From a bacterium (GTDB lineage Bacteria; Krumholzibacteriota; Krumholzibacteriia; LZORAL124-64-63), in the NCBI GenBank assembly GCA_003353795.1, contig PIVY01000001.1:16932-80931 (forward strand): a DNA stretch of 64,000 nucleotides. Reading direction: 5' to 3'. The position numbers and the translations under genes were made by a program. A model generated the notes under the pieces. The model saw only the letters and a program-made list of their open reading frames with translations. It was not told where the DNA came from and ran no database searches. Each line of letters begins with the position of its first letter. The first letter of the stretch is position 1. Shown here piece after piece: positions 8,827 to 18,427 of the stretch.

Positions 8827-11307
8827 TCATTTGACGAGCACCAGCTTGGTCGTGCTGGCCACGCCATCGGATTCGAGTCTCGCGAAGTAGACCCCGCTCC
8901 CGAGCCGGCGGCCGGATTGATCGGTACCGTTCCAGGCCGCGGCATGGCGGCCGGCCGGCAGATCGGCATCGTGGAGCACGTGAACCAGGCGTCCCCGGGC
9001 ATCGTGCACCGTGACGCGTGCGTGAGCGGCGCTGGCCAGGGTCCAGCGTATCTCGGTGCGGGGATTGAACGGGTTGGGCGCGGCGCCGTGCAGGGCGGTG
9101 ACCATTCGAGGCGTCTCGGGCGCTGCGGTGGGGCCGATCTGCAGCGCCCGGATCTCGATGTCGTCGAGATTCCATCCGCTGTACTGCCAGCTCTCGTCGG
9201 TGGTCCCCATGACCCAGCGCAGGAAGACCGTGGCCTCACCGTCGGCGTGGAGGCTCAGGTCGTACTCCACCTGCTGCCACTGATCGTCAGTGATCTCGCT
9301 GCCGTTCTCCCACACGGTATTCCAGGTCGTGCCGTCGGTACTGACGCGCAGGTAGACGTGGTCGTAGGTGGGCTGTTCCACGTTGAGCCAGCGCTGGAAT
9401 CGCACCGACACCGACTGCAAGCTGGAGCAGTCGATGACCCCGGTGGTCAGGGAGTACTCGGGCAGATCGCTGGCGTAGTCGCCACCCAGGTTGTAGCCCA
9501 GCACGTTGCCGCCGGTATACCCCGCGGTCGGGTCGGCGTTGCCGTGCTGGGCGCCGCCGCCGCCGCCGGGCTCTCCGAACGCCCACTGGCCTTGCCGATC
9601 CCAGCCCGGATCGGTCTCCAGGTTCCAGGACATCACCGTGGTCACGCTGCCGACCTGGAGCCGGACCGGGCGGGTGGTGTCACCGTCGCCATCGGTGAGG
9701 TTGGTGAACGAGACGGTGCCGGCGTAGAGGCCGCCGGGCAGGTTCGCTGCCGACGCCGCGATGGACACCGTGACCGTGGTGGATGCGCCGACGCCGAGGA
9801 CCCCGCCACTGGAGTCCGTGTCGATCCAGGGCTGATCGGCGGTCACGCCAAAGGAAACGTTGGCGTCGCTGTTGTTGGCCAGGGTGTAGGCCAGGCTCGA
9901 TGGGGAGAACGGACCGCCGGGCTCACCTTGCGATTCGAGGCCGGAGAACGGCGTGACCACCAGACCGCTGGCGCCGGGATCGTAGAGGTCGAGGGCCAGC
10001 GGCGCGATGCCGATCGGGTCGAGCCAGTCGCTGAGCCGGGAACCGGCGGAACCGCCGCCGTTCCAGCTGACGGACAGGCGACCGTACCAGTCGGATTCGT
10101 TGTTGCCGCAGGCCGCATAGCCGCCGTGCAACTGGCCGATGATGTGGTGGTTGGGGCTGTAGAGAGGTGAGCCGCTGCTGCCCGGTTCGGTGGTGCCGTC
10201 ATCCCAGTCGATCACCCGGATGTGGGTGCCGTCGCCGGGGACGGCGTTGTTGAGGTAGCTGGTGGTGACCGTGGGGTCGTCCTCGAAGCTGATGGACTTC
10301 TCGTCGGTGCTCGGGTGGTGGATCGCCACGACGCCGGGCTGGTCGCCGTCGCTGCGATCCCAACCGGAATACGTGACGTCCCATTCCGGGTCTGGCAGTT
10401 CCTCGAGTTCCACGAGGCAGACGTCGCTGCCGGCGTACGCGGCGCGGAAAATGGTGCCGGTCTGGTTGTCGGCGAGCGAGCCGCCGCCCTGTTGCCCGCA
10501 CACGGGGCTCTGGAAGTTCCAGTAGACCACCACGCTGTGATCGTTGCTGCCGGAGATGCCGCAGTGATTGGCGGTGAGGAAGTAGGGCGTGGCGTCCTCG
10601 GCGGTGTTGTTGATCATGGCGCCGGTGCATTTCCAGATGCCGCCGATGGTGAAGACGCCGACGCTGTTGATCTCCGCGCGCCAGGGGTCGCCCTCGGGAC
10701 AGATCACGTCGTTGTTGCAGGAGCCGGACTTTTCGCCGAGCTGTTCGCCGAAGTACCGATAGCCCTTGCCGACCTGGTGCAGACTCAGGGCGTAATCATG
10801 GCGGCTTTCTGCGGGCAGCGTCAGCTCGATCACGATCTCGTCGCCGAGGACGATCGGCGACCAGAGCTGCCCGTGCGGGCGGTTGTCGCGCGCTGTGAAT
10901 TCGTGGGCGAGCTCGACCGTGCCGGTCGGATGCAGCACCAGCCGACCACCCTTGGGCACCCGGAACCGGTCGAATCCCAGATTCAGCGAGAGGGCGCCCT
11001 CGGCCTGGATGCGCAGACGCCAGAGCTGGAATCGCGGGTCAGGGAGGATCTCCCAGGTGCCGTGGGTTTCGGGCGTGATCGCCACGGATTCCGGTTCGGC
11101 GAATCGCTCCGGGTCGCCCTGAAGCAGGCGGACCTCGTCGTCGTCGGCGGCCTCATCGCGATCGACCGGCGTCAACGCCAGCTGCTCGACGGACGACAGG
11201 GGGCGGGCGTCCTGGAGGACGGCGGTGGGCACGACGTCGGCGACCGCGGGCATGGCGAGCATCAAGGCGCCAATGGCAACCAGTCTCATGGCGGTGGGGC
11301 GAATCAT
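8827..11307 (-). CDS. secreted S1 (lysyl-endopeptidase-like) serine protease with beta-sandwich domains and a FlgD-Ig/T9SS-type C-terminal domain
   Basis: Catalytic motifs YFLTANHCG (His), SDVCLVEL (Asp) and EPGSSGSPLY (Ser). A MAM/galactose-binding-like segment (...YLRVSTDGTTWNTVWENG...). C-terminus PNPFNPRTEIRWTL...GVYFARL...LVLVK. Signal MIRPTAMRLVAIGALMLAMPAVA. Confidence 0.85.
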   Translation of the reverse strand: MIRPTAMRLVAIGALMLAMPAVADVVPTAVLQDARPLSSVEQLALTPVDRDEAADDDEVRLLQGDPERFAEPESVAITPETHGTWEILPDPRFQLWRLRIQAEGALSLNLGFDRFRVPKGGRLVLHPTGTVELAHEFTARDNRPHGQLWSPIVLGDEIVIELTLPAESRHDYALSLHQVGKGYRYFGEQLGEKSGSCNNDVICPEGDPWRAEINSVGVFTIGGIWKCTGAMINNTAEDATPYFLTANHCGISGSNDHSVVVYWNFQSPVCGQQGGGSLADNQTGTIFRAAYAGSDVCLVELEELPDPEWDVTYSGWDRSDGDQPGVVAIHHPSTDEKSISFEDDPTVTTSYLNNAVPGDGTHIRVIDWDDGTTEPGSSGSPLYSPNHHIIGQLHGGYAACGNNESDWYGRLSVSWNGGGSAGSRLSDWLDPIGIAPLALDLYDPGASGLVVTPFSGLESQGEPGGPFSPSSLAYTLANNSDANVSFGVTADQPWIDTDSSGGVLGVGASTTVTVSIAASAANLPGGLYAGTVSFTNLTDGDGDTTRPVRLQVGSVTTVMSWNLETDPGWDRQGQWAFGEPGGGGGAQHGNADPTAGYTGGNVLGYNLGGDYASDLPEYSLTTGVIDCSSLQSVSVRFQRWLNVEQPTYDHVYLRVSTDGTTWNTVWENGSEITDDQWQQVEYDLSLHADGEATVFLRWVMGTTDESWQYSGWNLDDIEIRALQIGPTAAPETPRMVTALHGAAPNPFNPRTEIRWTLASAAHARVTVHDARGRLVHVLHDADLPAGRHAAAWNGTDQSGRRLGSGVYFARLESDGVASTTKLVLVK

Positions 11308-11361
11308 GGGAACCTCGCGAGCGTCTGGAGACAACGTCCGTACAAAAACACGACTAATTCA

Positions 11362-11390
11362 ATTATATATCATCTGCGCGGTGACGTGCA
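11362..11390 (-). promoter_or_regulatory. candidate sigma70-type promoter of the protease gene
   Basis: An AT-rich island in GC-rich DNA. The minus strand reads ...TGCACG-N17-TATAAT (-10 at 11362-11367), about 50 nt upstream of ATG 11307. Confidence 0.4.
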
Positions 11391-11429
11391 GCCGCCAGTT
11401 TTCCGGCAATGGTGATTCGGGATCGAGGG

Positions 11430-12446
11430 TCAGCGGCGGGAACGCCAGAAGAAGTAGGCGCCGAAGAGGACCCCCGCCGCGATGACGGTGATCCAGGGAA
11501 AACCGCGCCGCTGCGCCGCCGGCCGGTCGATGCCCCGCGCGTCGGTCTGACCGGCTTCGGCGAACACGGGTTCCGCGTCCGGAGCCGTCGGCGTGCTCAC
11601 GGAGACGTCGATCTCGCGACCGGGTTCCATGGCCGGACCGCGCCAGCGGCTGAACTCGGCGTAGGCGTTGGAGTCGTCGTGTTCGAGGTCGAAGCTGCGA
11701 ACCTCGAGGGTCGCCGGCCAGGCCAGAAGGCTCCATTGCGCCACCGGTAGGTTCAGTTCCACGGTGAATTCCACGCGGTCGGTGGTGGGCAGGTCGCCGC
11801 GAATGGTGATGCGGGCCTCGCCCGGCGGCAAGGCGGCCGTCACGCCCTGCAAGCCGCCGCCGGCGGATCGCGTGGAACCGGAAAGGGGATCCGGTCCGTT
11901 GTCCACGTCCACCTCGATCCCGCGCAGTCCGCGAGGCAGGGACAGCTGGAGCGGTAGCGCGTCGGCGCGCATGGTGCGCTGGGGGCGGGACTGGTTGTCC
12001 AATGTGACGATGTACTCCAGCTCGAAGCCGGTCTCCTGCTGACGCACCACCACGTTCATGCCGGTGACGGTCAGGCCGGAGAGGTCGTCGGTCTGCTCGA
12101 ACGCGTGGACGACGGCCGGCTGGCCATTCATGAAGACCTGGCCATTGACCTTGGTGTGGTAGGCGACCCCTTCGACCCAGGCCGACACGATGTGGGGCTT
12201 GAAATTGAAGAGCCGCAGGTCCTCGAACGTGACCTCGCCGTCGACGTCGTGAGCCTCGGCTACGGTGGTCATCACGGCGCCGACTTCGCGCAGCAGCACG
12301 CGTTCGGCCCGCACCGTCGTGCCGGTGACGCCCAGTTCGACGCGGATCGTGGCATCGGTCTCCAGGCGCTCGAGCACGGCGTCCTGGGCGCCGGCGGCAC
12401 CGCAGATGAGGGCGCAGAATAGGAGGAAGACGACCAACCGCTGCAT
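11430..12446 (-). CDS. hypothetical exported protein with C-terminal TM anchor
   Basis: Signal MQRLVVFLLFCALICGAAGAQD, a beta-rich body and a C-terminal helix FPWITVIAAGVLFGAYFFWRSRR. No family recognised. Confidence 0.6.
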   Translation of the reverse strand: MQRLVVFLLFCALICGAAGAQDAVLERLETDATIRVELGVTGTTVRAERVLLREVGAVMTTVAEAHDVDGEVTFEDLRLFNFKPHIVSAWVEGVAYHTKVNGQVFMNGQPAVVHAFEQTDDLSGLTVTGMNVVVRQQETGFELEYIVTLDNQSRPQRTMRADALPLQLSLPRGLRGIEVDVDNGPDPLSGSTRSAGGGLQGVTAALPPGEARITIRGDLPTTDRVEFTVELNLPVAQWSLLAWPATLEVRSFDLEHDDSNAYAEFSRWRGPAMEPGREIDVSVSTPTAPDAEPVFAEAGQTDARGIDRPAAQRRGFPWITVIAAGVLFGAYFFWRSRR

Positions 12447-12543
12447 GTTCGAACCCCCGCTGGCGTCACCCGCCGGTTGCCGGATCATCGACCGCCGGGT
12501 TACCCTCTCGAATAGTCATTCACTCTCGTCAGGGAGTATCGGC

Positions 12544-13401
12544 GTGAAGTTTGGACCTGTCTACCTCTGTTGTCTTTTCATGCTGCTGTCCGTCCACGCC
12601 GGAGGACAGCAGCCACCGCCCGGCTGGGAGGAGTGGACCTCGCAGACCTACACCCTCGCTGCGGGCGAATCCATGCCCTTCCGCGTGGACTGGGATCAAA
12701 TCCCGGTGCGACGCTGGCTGTTGCTCGTCGAGGGCGACCTGCAGGTGAGCTACCTGAATCTGCGGCGGGAGCGCGATCGCAGTCTGGTCTACGATCTGCG
12801 TGACGAGTCGCGGCACATGGTGGAGATCCCGTGGGGCGAAGGTGAGTCGATCACGGGCTTGCTGCGCGCCGAACGCGCCGGCGCCTATGCGATCTCGCTC
12901 TGGGGCCCGCCTCGCGACAACTACCTCCGTGCCTACAGCTACGGCGTCAACCGCGCTCTCGAAGCTCTGGAAGAAGACGACCGTGTCGGCGCGCGGGCGC
13001 ATCTGCTCACCGCCCTGCAGGACGATCCTGCCGACGTGGTGGCGCAGACGCTCATGCTCGGTCTCGATGGCCGCAGGAGGCTCGACGCCGTCGACCGTGC
13101 CGCGTTGGACGGCGAGGCGGACCCGGATGCACTTCGTCACCTCGATGCGGTGCGGGAACGCGCTGCCGAGTTGCGAGGGGAGGGCCTTTATCTCGCCGCC
13201 GCCGACACTCTGCACCAGACCATCGCGCCGCAGCTGGGAGCCGCCGGGGTGGCACTCATCTACGCCGATCTGGCCGATCTGTACCTCGACCTGGGCAACC
13301 CGGTCCAGGCACAGGCAGCACTCGCAGCGGCCGAGTCGCTGGGTTTGGCGGAAGACACTGCGTCGCGTTTACGGAAGCGGCTGGCGGACGAGGCGGAGTG
13401 A
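12544..13401 (+). CDS. hypothetical secreted protein with C-terminal TPR-like helical repeats
   Basis: GTG 12544 lies 8 nt after AGGGAG. Signal VKFGPVYLCCLFMLLSVHAGG. The C-terminal half is Ala/Leu-rich and helical (LYLAAADTLHQ...LADLYLDLGNPVQAQAAL). Confidence 0.55.
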   Translation: MKFGPVYLCCLFMLLSVHAGGQQPPPGWEEWTSQTYTLAAGESMPFRVDWDQIPVRRWLLLVEGDLQVSYLNLRRERDRSLVYDLRDESRHMVEIPWGEGESITGLLRAERAGAYAISLWGPPRDNYLRAYSYGVNRALEALEEDDRVGARAHLLTALQDDPADVVAQTLMLGLDGRRRLDAVDRAALDGEADPDALRHLDAVRERAAELRGEGLYLAAADTLHQTIAPQLGAAGVALIYADLADLYLDLGNPVQAQAALAAAESLGLAEDTASRLRKRLADEAE

Positions 13402-13408
13402 CGGAGGC

Positions 13409-14800
13409 TCAGCGGATGTCGCTGGTGCGCGCTCTGGTCGCCACGGTCGGCTCCACGTCGCGATCGAAGGCGCCGCGGTCGCCGCACAGGAAGAACAATC
13501 CGTACGCCGTGTAGTAGCTCTGGGGCGTGCCGGCCTGGGCCGTGCGGCTGGGCCGCGGATTGGAACCGGTGAGGGGGTAGAACGCCATGTATGGTCGGTA
13601 CATCATGGCCCACTCGAAGCAATGGCGCGCCATTCCCATGTCGCCGGACCGAGCGTAGAGCAAGCCCTGGTCCTGCCAGTATCGCGATGCCAGTCGCGAG
13701 GGGAACTCGAGGTGCGTGGGCGGCGGTCCGAGGATCCACAACGTGTGAGAGATATCGCCGCTCGGTGCTCCCGCCATGGCCTTGATCCAGCGTCGGCCGA
13801 AGTCGGAGACCAGCTTGGGCCAAGCCGAGCGGTCGTAGCCGAGGGCTTCCCAGTGAGGGGCGTCGAGATACCAGCGCAGGTCCTCCCGCACACTGCCGCG
13901 GATGGACCGACTGGTCACCTCGATGCGTGGCAGGTCGCGGGCCTGGCTCATGGCGGCCAGCCACTCGCCCTTGTCGGCGAGGGCCAGACCGCGCAACACG
14001 CCGGCCTCGAAGATACGGTCGGCGCGTTCCGGCGATTCGGTGCGCAGCCAGGGATGGACGTGATCCAGGTAGGCGAGGGTCAGGTCGGGTTGCTTGAGGT
14101 CGCGCGCCAGCCAGGCCAGATCGAGAAAGACGTCGCGGCGCAGACGGCCGGGGTCGCCCTCGGCCAGCTGGTCCGGATCGATACGGTCGAGGGACACCAG
14201 CGCGGCGCCGAGGGCCCGCTGCTGCCGCGGGCGGTCACCGACGACGCCGTAGAAGTAGGCGAGGTCGCGCCAACCGGCCGGGTTGGACGGATCGACGCCG
14301 ACGGCGGCCACGAGGTTGCGGATGCCGGTGGTGACGGCCGTCTCGACGCCCATGGGAATGGGGGCGTTGTCCATGGAGTTGAGGTTGGGGACGTATCCGC
14401 GCGACGCCTGGCTCCAGTAGTGGTTCATGGTGCCCATGACCACGTTCCGCGCCTTGGCGATATGCTTGCGGGCGACCCGCTGGCGATCGAGTTGCTCGGC
14501 CTCGTTCAGCGACAGGAAGGTGATCAGTCCGACGGAGTCCCAGACGGCCTGGAAGGTGACGGCTTTCTGGTAGTCGGCGGCGGGATCGCGACGGCCCAGA
14601 TTCTGGGTCGTCGCGTAGTCGCGTACGTTGACCAGGATGTAGCGATCCACGCGCCAATCGGTCAGGTCCCAGTCCACGTACAGGTCCGCGGGCACCACCT
14701 GGTCGGGCGCCAGATCAGCATCGGGCTTACTGCCACAACTGGCGAGGGCCAGTGCGGTCAGCACCATGACGCAGACCAGTAGGATCGGTCGCAAACGCAT
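13409..14800 (-). CDS. lipoprotein, short member of a three-paralogue family (paralogue 1)
   Basis: Lipobox VLTALALASC. Shares blocks with 16096-18384 and 18428-20950, for example SRYWQDQGLLYARSGDMGMARHCFEWAMMYRPYMAFYPL and YYTAYGLFF. Confidence 0.7.
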   Translation of the reverse strand: MRLRPILLVCVMVLTALALASCGSKPDADLAPDQVVPADLYVDWDLTDWRVDRYILVNVRDYATTQNLGRRDPAADYQKAVTFQAVWDSVGLITFLSLNEAEQLDRQRVARKHIAKARNVVMGTMNHYWSQASRGYVPNLNSMDNAPIPMGVETAVTTGIRNLVAAVGVDPSNPAGWRDLAYFYGVVGDRPRQQRALGAALVSLDRIDPDQLAEGDPGRLRRDVFLDLAWLARDLKQPDLTLAYLDHVHPWLRTESPERADRIFEAGVLRGLALADKGEWLAAMSQARDLPRIEVTSRSIRGSVREDLRWYLDAPHWEALGYDRSAWPKLVSDFGRRWIKAMAGAPSGDISHTLWILGPPPTHLEFPSRLASRYWQDQGLLYARSGDMGMARHCFEWAMMYRPYMAFYPLTGSNPRPSRTAQAGTPQSYYTAYGLFFLCGDRGAFDRDVEPTVATRARTSDIR

Positions 14801-14941
14801 CAGAGGTCCCTCCGAGCCTTTTCTCCCCCAATGACGATACAGTATCGGCAAGTCGCTGTCACGCCTGAACGCCCTTGGAGTTACCGCGGCGAAGGCTTAC
14901 CATCGGCCCGCCAGAGCGATCCTGCCACCGGGAGATTCAGC

Positions 14942-16099
14942 ATGCGTCTCGCCCTGTTCGGTCCCTCGCCTCCGTTGCGCGGCGGAATCGTCGCCGCCCA
15001 CGCCAATCTGCACCGGACGCTCACCGAGCGCGGCCATGACCTGCATTGGACCGGTTTTCGCCGGCAGTACCCCGATTTCCTCTTCCCCGGATCGTCGCAG
15101 GAGGGCGCCGTGGGGGCCTGGCTGCAGTGCGAGAGCGAACGGACGTTCGTGCCGTGGGAGCCGTGGTCCTGGCCGCGGACGGCGCGCAACCTTCTGGCCT
15201 TCCAGCCTGACGCGGTGCTGGCCCGCTGGTGGATCCCGTTCTTCGCCGTGGGATTCTGGGCGGTCATGCGCCAGGTGCGCCGCCGGACCCGCGTGATCTG
15301 GGTCCTGGACAACGTGGTGCCGCACGAGAGCTATCCCCTGGGCATGTGGCTCACGCGACAGGCGCTCCGGCAGGGGCACGGTTTCCTGGTGCAGAGTGAG
15401 CAGGTGAGGCGCGATTTGCTCGGTCTCCTGCCCGAGATCGACCCATCGCGGGTCCGCCTCGCCCACCATCCGGTCTACGACTACGGCGCTCCGGGTAGGC
15501 CGCGCCCGACCAGTGACGAGGCGCGCCGCGAGCTCGGTCTGCCGGCCGACGCTCGCGTACTGCTCTTCTTCGGCTTCATCAAACCCTACAAGGGTCTGCA
15601 GCACCTCATCGACGCGGCGCCGCGACTGCGTGAGCGGTTCGGCCCCGATGGCGTTCGCATCGTGGTCGTGGGGGACGTCTACGGCGATCGCCAGGAATAC
15701 GTCGACCGCATCGAGGCCACCGGCGCCGGCGACATCATCGTTTTCCACGATCGCTACGTGGCCGACGAGGAGGTCGAGCCCTGGTTCGTGGCCAGCGACC
15801 TGGTGGTGTTGCCCTACGTGTCGGCCACCCAGAGCGGCATCGCGCTGCTGGCCTGGAACTACGACAAGCCGGTAGTCACCACCAACGTGGGTGGGCTGCC
15901 CGAACTGATCCGCGACGGCGAGACCGGCTTCCTCGTACCGCCGGGCGATTCCGATGCGCTCGCAGACGCCTGCATCCGATTCTTCGACGAGGATCGCGCC
16001 GAGGATATGGCGTTGGCCGTGGCCGAGGCCAAGAAGGCGTACACCTGGGAAGCGCAGGCCGAGGCCGTCGAGGATCTGGTGCGCACCATCGATCGCTAG
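14942..16099 (+). CDS. GT4-family (GT-B fold) glycosyltransferase
   Basis: Motifs FFGFIKPYKGLQHLIDA and ASDLVVLPYVSATQSGIALLAWNYDKPVVTTNVGGLPELIRDGETGFLVPPGD (E-x7-E region). ATG 14942 follows GGGAGA. Confidence 0.85.
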   Translation: MRLALFGPSPPLRGGIVAAHANLHRTLTERGHDLHWTGFRRQYPDFLFPGSSQEGAVGAWLQCESERTFVPWEPWSWPRTARNLLAFQPDAVLARWWIPFFAVGFWAVMRQVRRRTRVIWVLDNVVPHESYPLGMWLTRQALRQGHGFLVQSEQVRRDLLGLLPEIDPSRVRLAHHPVYDYGAPGRPRPTSDEARRELGLPADARVLLFFGFIKPYKGLQHLIDAAPRLRERFGPDGVRIVVVGDVYGDRQEYVDRIEATGAGDIIVFHDRYVADEEVEPWFVASDLVVLPYVSATQSGIALLAWNYDKPVVTTNVGGLPELIRDGETGFLVPPGDSDALADACIRFFDEDRAEDMALAVAEAKKAYTWEAQAEAVEDLVRTIDR

Positions 16100-18384
16100 G
16101 GCAGACGCGCGGCCAGGTCGCGCAGGGCCGGCTCGTCGGGCGCCAGGATCTGTGCGCGCTGAAAGGTCTGCCGCGCGGCCTCGGTCCGGCCGTGATCCAG
16201 CAGGATGGTCGTGGCGCGTACGAGGACTGCCACGTCGAGAGCCTCGGCCGGCACCCCGCCGGCGGCGATGGCGGCGGCTCGATCGACCTGTCCCTCGGCA
16301 CGATCAGCGTCCATGAGCAACGCCCGTTCTCGTGCCGACAGTTGCGACGGCCAGGCCGGCGCGAGCAGGGCGACGACCCCGGTCTGGTCGTCGGCTCGCG
16401 AACGCGCCTCGGCCAGCTGGGCGCGGTGCTCCGGCGTGGGCTCGTCCCCGTAGCGATGCTCCAGCAGTTCCAACCACAGGGCACGTTCATCGGCGGAGCC
16501 GGTCAGCATCTCCTGCAACTCGGGATCCAGACTGTCGGTGGTCAGCAACCTGTCGAGGTCGTCGGCCAGGGCGCGCTCGTCGCGGGACGCCACCAACTGC
16601 ACAGGCTGCGGCGCCAGATCCACCGTGACCTCGCGACCACTGGCAACGGCCTGCAGGAGCGCGATGGCGCGCTGGTTGTCGTCGAGAAGGGTGGCGGCCT
16701 GGAGAAGGTCGGCCTCGGCCGCGTCGCGGCGTCCCTGTTGCAGGTGCAGCAGTCCGCGATTGAAGTAGTTGGTGCCGTCCAGCGGTTGAATCCGAGTCAC
16801 CTCCGCATAGGCCGCCAGCGCTTCGGCGTCGCGGCCAAGGTAGCTCAGCGCGATGGCCTGCGACTGCCAGGCGCGGACGTGATCGGGCTCCAGTTCCACG
16901 CACCGGCGCAGCGGGCCGAGACTGGCTTCCAACCGGCCTGCGTTGAGTAGGGCCACGCCGCGAAGGAAGACCAGGTCGGCCTCGGCATCGGTGCCGGTGA
17001 GTCGTTCCACTGCGGCATGGCGCAGGTCGGATTCTGCCCGTTGCCAGTCGCCCCGTTGCAGATTGAGCCGTGCGCGCAGGAGCCTGGCCTCGGGAGCCAT
17101 GATCTGTCGGCGCACGCAGGCGTCGAGGCTCGCGAAGGTCAGTCGCCAGAGATCTGGGTCGGCTTCATGATCATGGATCTGACAGGCAAGGGCACGAGTG
17201 GCCGTGAATCCCCAGAGGCTGCCGCCGGTGTAGAAGCGGCGAAAAGAAAGGAAGTACGGCTCGTCCGTATCCGGGTGATCGAGTATCCCGTCGATGCCAT
17301 GCAGAGCGGTCTGGGGATAGAAGCCCACGAAGGGGCGGGTCATGAACGCGAGCGCCCAGAACCGCCTGGCGAGATCCCGGTCGCCGAGTTCCTCGCAGAT
17401 GAGACCAAGGTCCTGCCAGTAGCGCCAGGCGACGCCGGCGGGTAGGCGGACGAAACGGCGAAAGCCGAGGTGATTGCTCGCGAGGTCAGGATACCCCGAT
17501 CGCAACTCGGCCCATGCGTTGACCCAGGTGCGCAGGAATTCGCTCTCGCGTGAGCCCATGCTGCGGGGTACGACCACCAGCGGCAGATGGGAAAGCAGGC
17601 GGCGGGCCTCGTGGCGATCGCCCCGAGCGGCGGCGCAGAGGGCGCGAATCAGTTCGGCCTCCACGGTGGGTGCGAGGGAGTGCTCGCCCACGGGCTCGGG
17701 CGACAGTTCGCCGCCGTGGCCGTCGAGCCAGAGGACGGCGGCCTCGTACCGGCCGGCGTCGCGCAGGCTCCACGCTTCGTCCAGAATCGCTCGTGGTCGC
17801 CGGGAGTCCGGCGGCGAGGTGACTGCCAGCAGTCGCTGGCGGGACGTGGCCGCCGCCGCGTCGTCACCCACGGCCGCACTGAACGAGGCGAGGCTGCTCC
17901 AGGCGGCGGCGCTGGAGGGATCCGTGCCCACGGCCGTGTGGAGTCGACCAAGAGCACGGAGCATGACGCGGTCGAGCAGGTGCATGGCGCTGTTGCTGCC
18001 ACGATAGACCTTGGCCTCGGCGCGCAGACGATAGACCCGGTCGGCCACCGCCAGGAATGCGTTACGCACCAGCTCGTCGGCCTGTTCACGGCGCTGCCGG
18101 CGAGACGACGGTGACAGGGCGGCGAATGTGTCGGCGTCGAGGGAATCCCAGGCGGCGGAGAAGCGCGTTTCCCGCCGGTATTTCCCGGCGGGGTTGGGAT
18201 CCATGTCACCGAACAAGCGGGTGTACCTGGCGAGGGTCCCTCCTGGGAGCTGCCAGGCGAACTCGGCCCAGTCCACCGTGGTGTGGATCTCGGGAGGGGC
18301 CGTCTCCGGTTCGGGCGCAGAGCTGCAAGACAGAAGGAACAGGATCAGACCGACGGCCGGCAAGAGCCGGGCGTGACGTTTCAT
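16096..18384 (-). CDS. large TPR-repeat lipoprotein (paralogue 2)
   Basis: Lipobox LILFLLSC. Conserved core WRYWQDLGLICEELGDRDLARRFWALAFMTRPFVGFYP and PYFLSFRRFYTGGSLWGF. C-terminal TPR-like repeats. Its stop shares a palindromic CTAG with the GT4 stop. Confidence 0.75.
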   Translation of the reverse strand: MKRHARLLPAVGLILFLLSCSSAPEPETAPPEIHTTVDWAEFAWQLPGGTLARYTRLFGDMDPNPAGKYRRETRFSAAWDSLDADTFAALSPSSRRQRREQADELVRNAFLAVADRVYRLRAEAKVYRGSNSAMHLLDRVMLRALGRLHTAVGTDPSSAAAWSSLASFSAAVGDDAAAATSRQRLLAVTSPPDSRRPRAILDEAWSLRDAGRYEAAVLWLDGHGGELSPEPVGEHSLAPTVEAELIRALCAAARGDRHEARRLLSHLPLVVVPRSMGSRESEFLRTWVNAWAELRSGYPDLASNHLGFRRFVRLPAGVAWRYWQDLGLICEELGDRDLARRFWALAFMTRPFVGFYPQTALHGIDGILDHPDTDEPYFLSFRRFYTGGSLWGFTATRALACQIHDHEADPDLWRLTFASLDACVRRQIMAPEARLLRARLNLQRGDWQRAESDLRHAAVERLTGTDAEADLVFLRGVALLNAGRLEASLGPLRRCVELEPDHVRAWQSQAIALSYLGRDAEALAAYAEVTRIQPLDGTNYFNRGLLHLQQGRRDAAEADLLQAATLLDDNQRAIALLQAVASGREVTVDLAPQPVQLVASRDERALADDLDRLLTTDSLDPELQEMLTGSADERALWLELLEHRYGDEPTPEHRAQLAEARSRADDQTGVVALLAPAWPSQLSARERALLMDADRAEGQVDRAAAIAAGGVPAEALDVAVLVRATTILLDHGRTEAARQTFQRAQILAPDEPALRDLAARLP

Positions 18385-18427
18385 GGTCGCCTCCCGTGGT
18401 TTGGTCGGGCAGATCGCGGCCGCGGCG

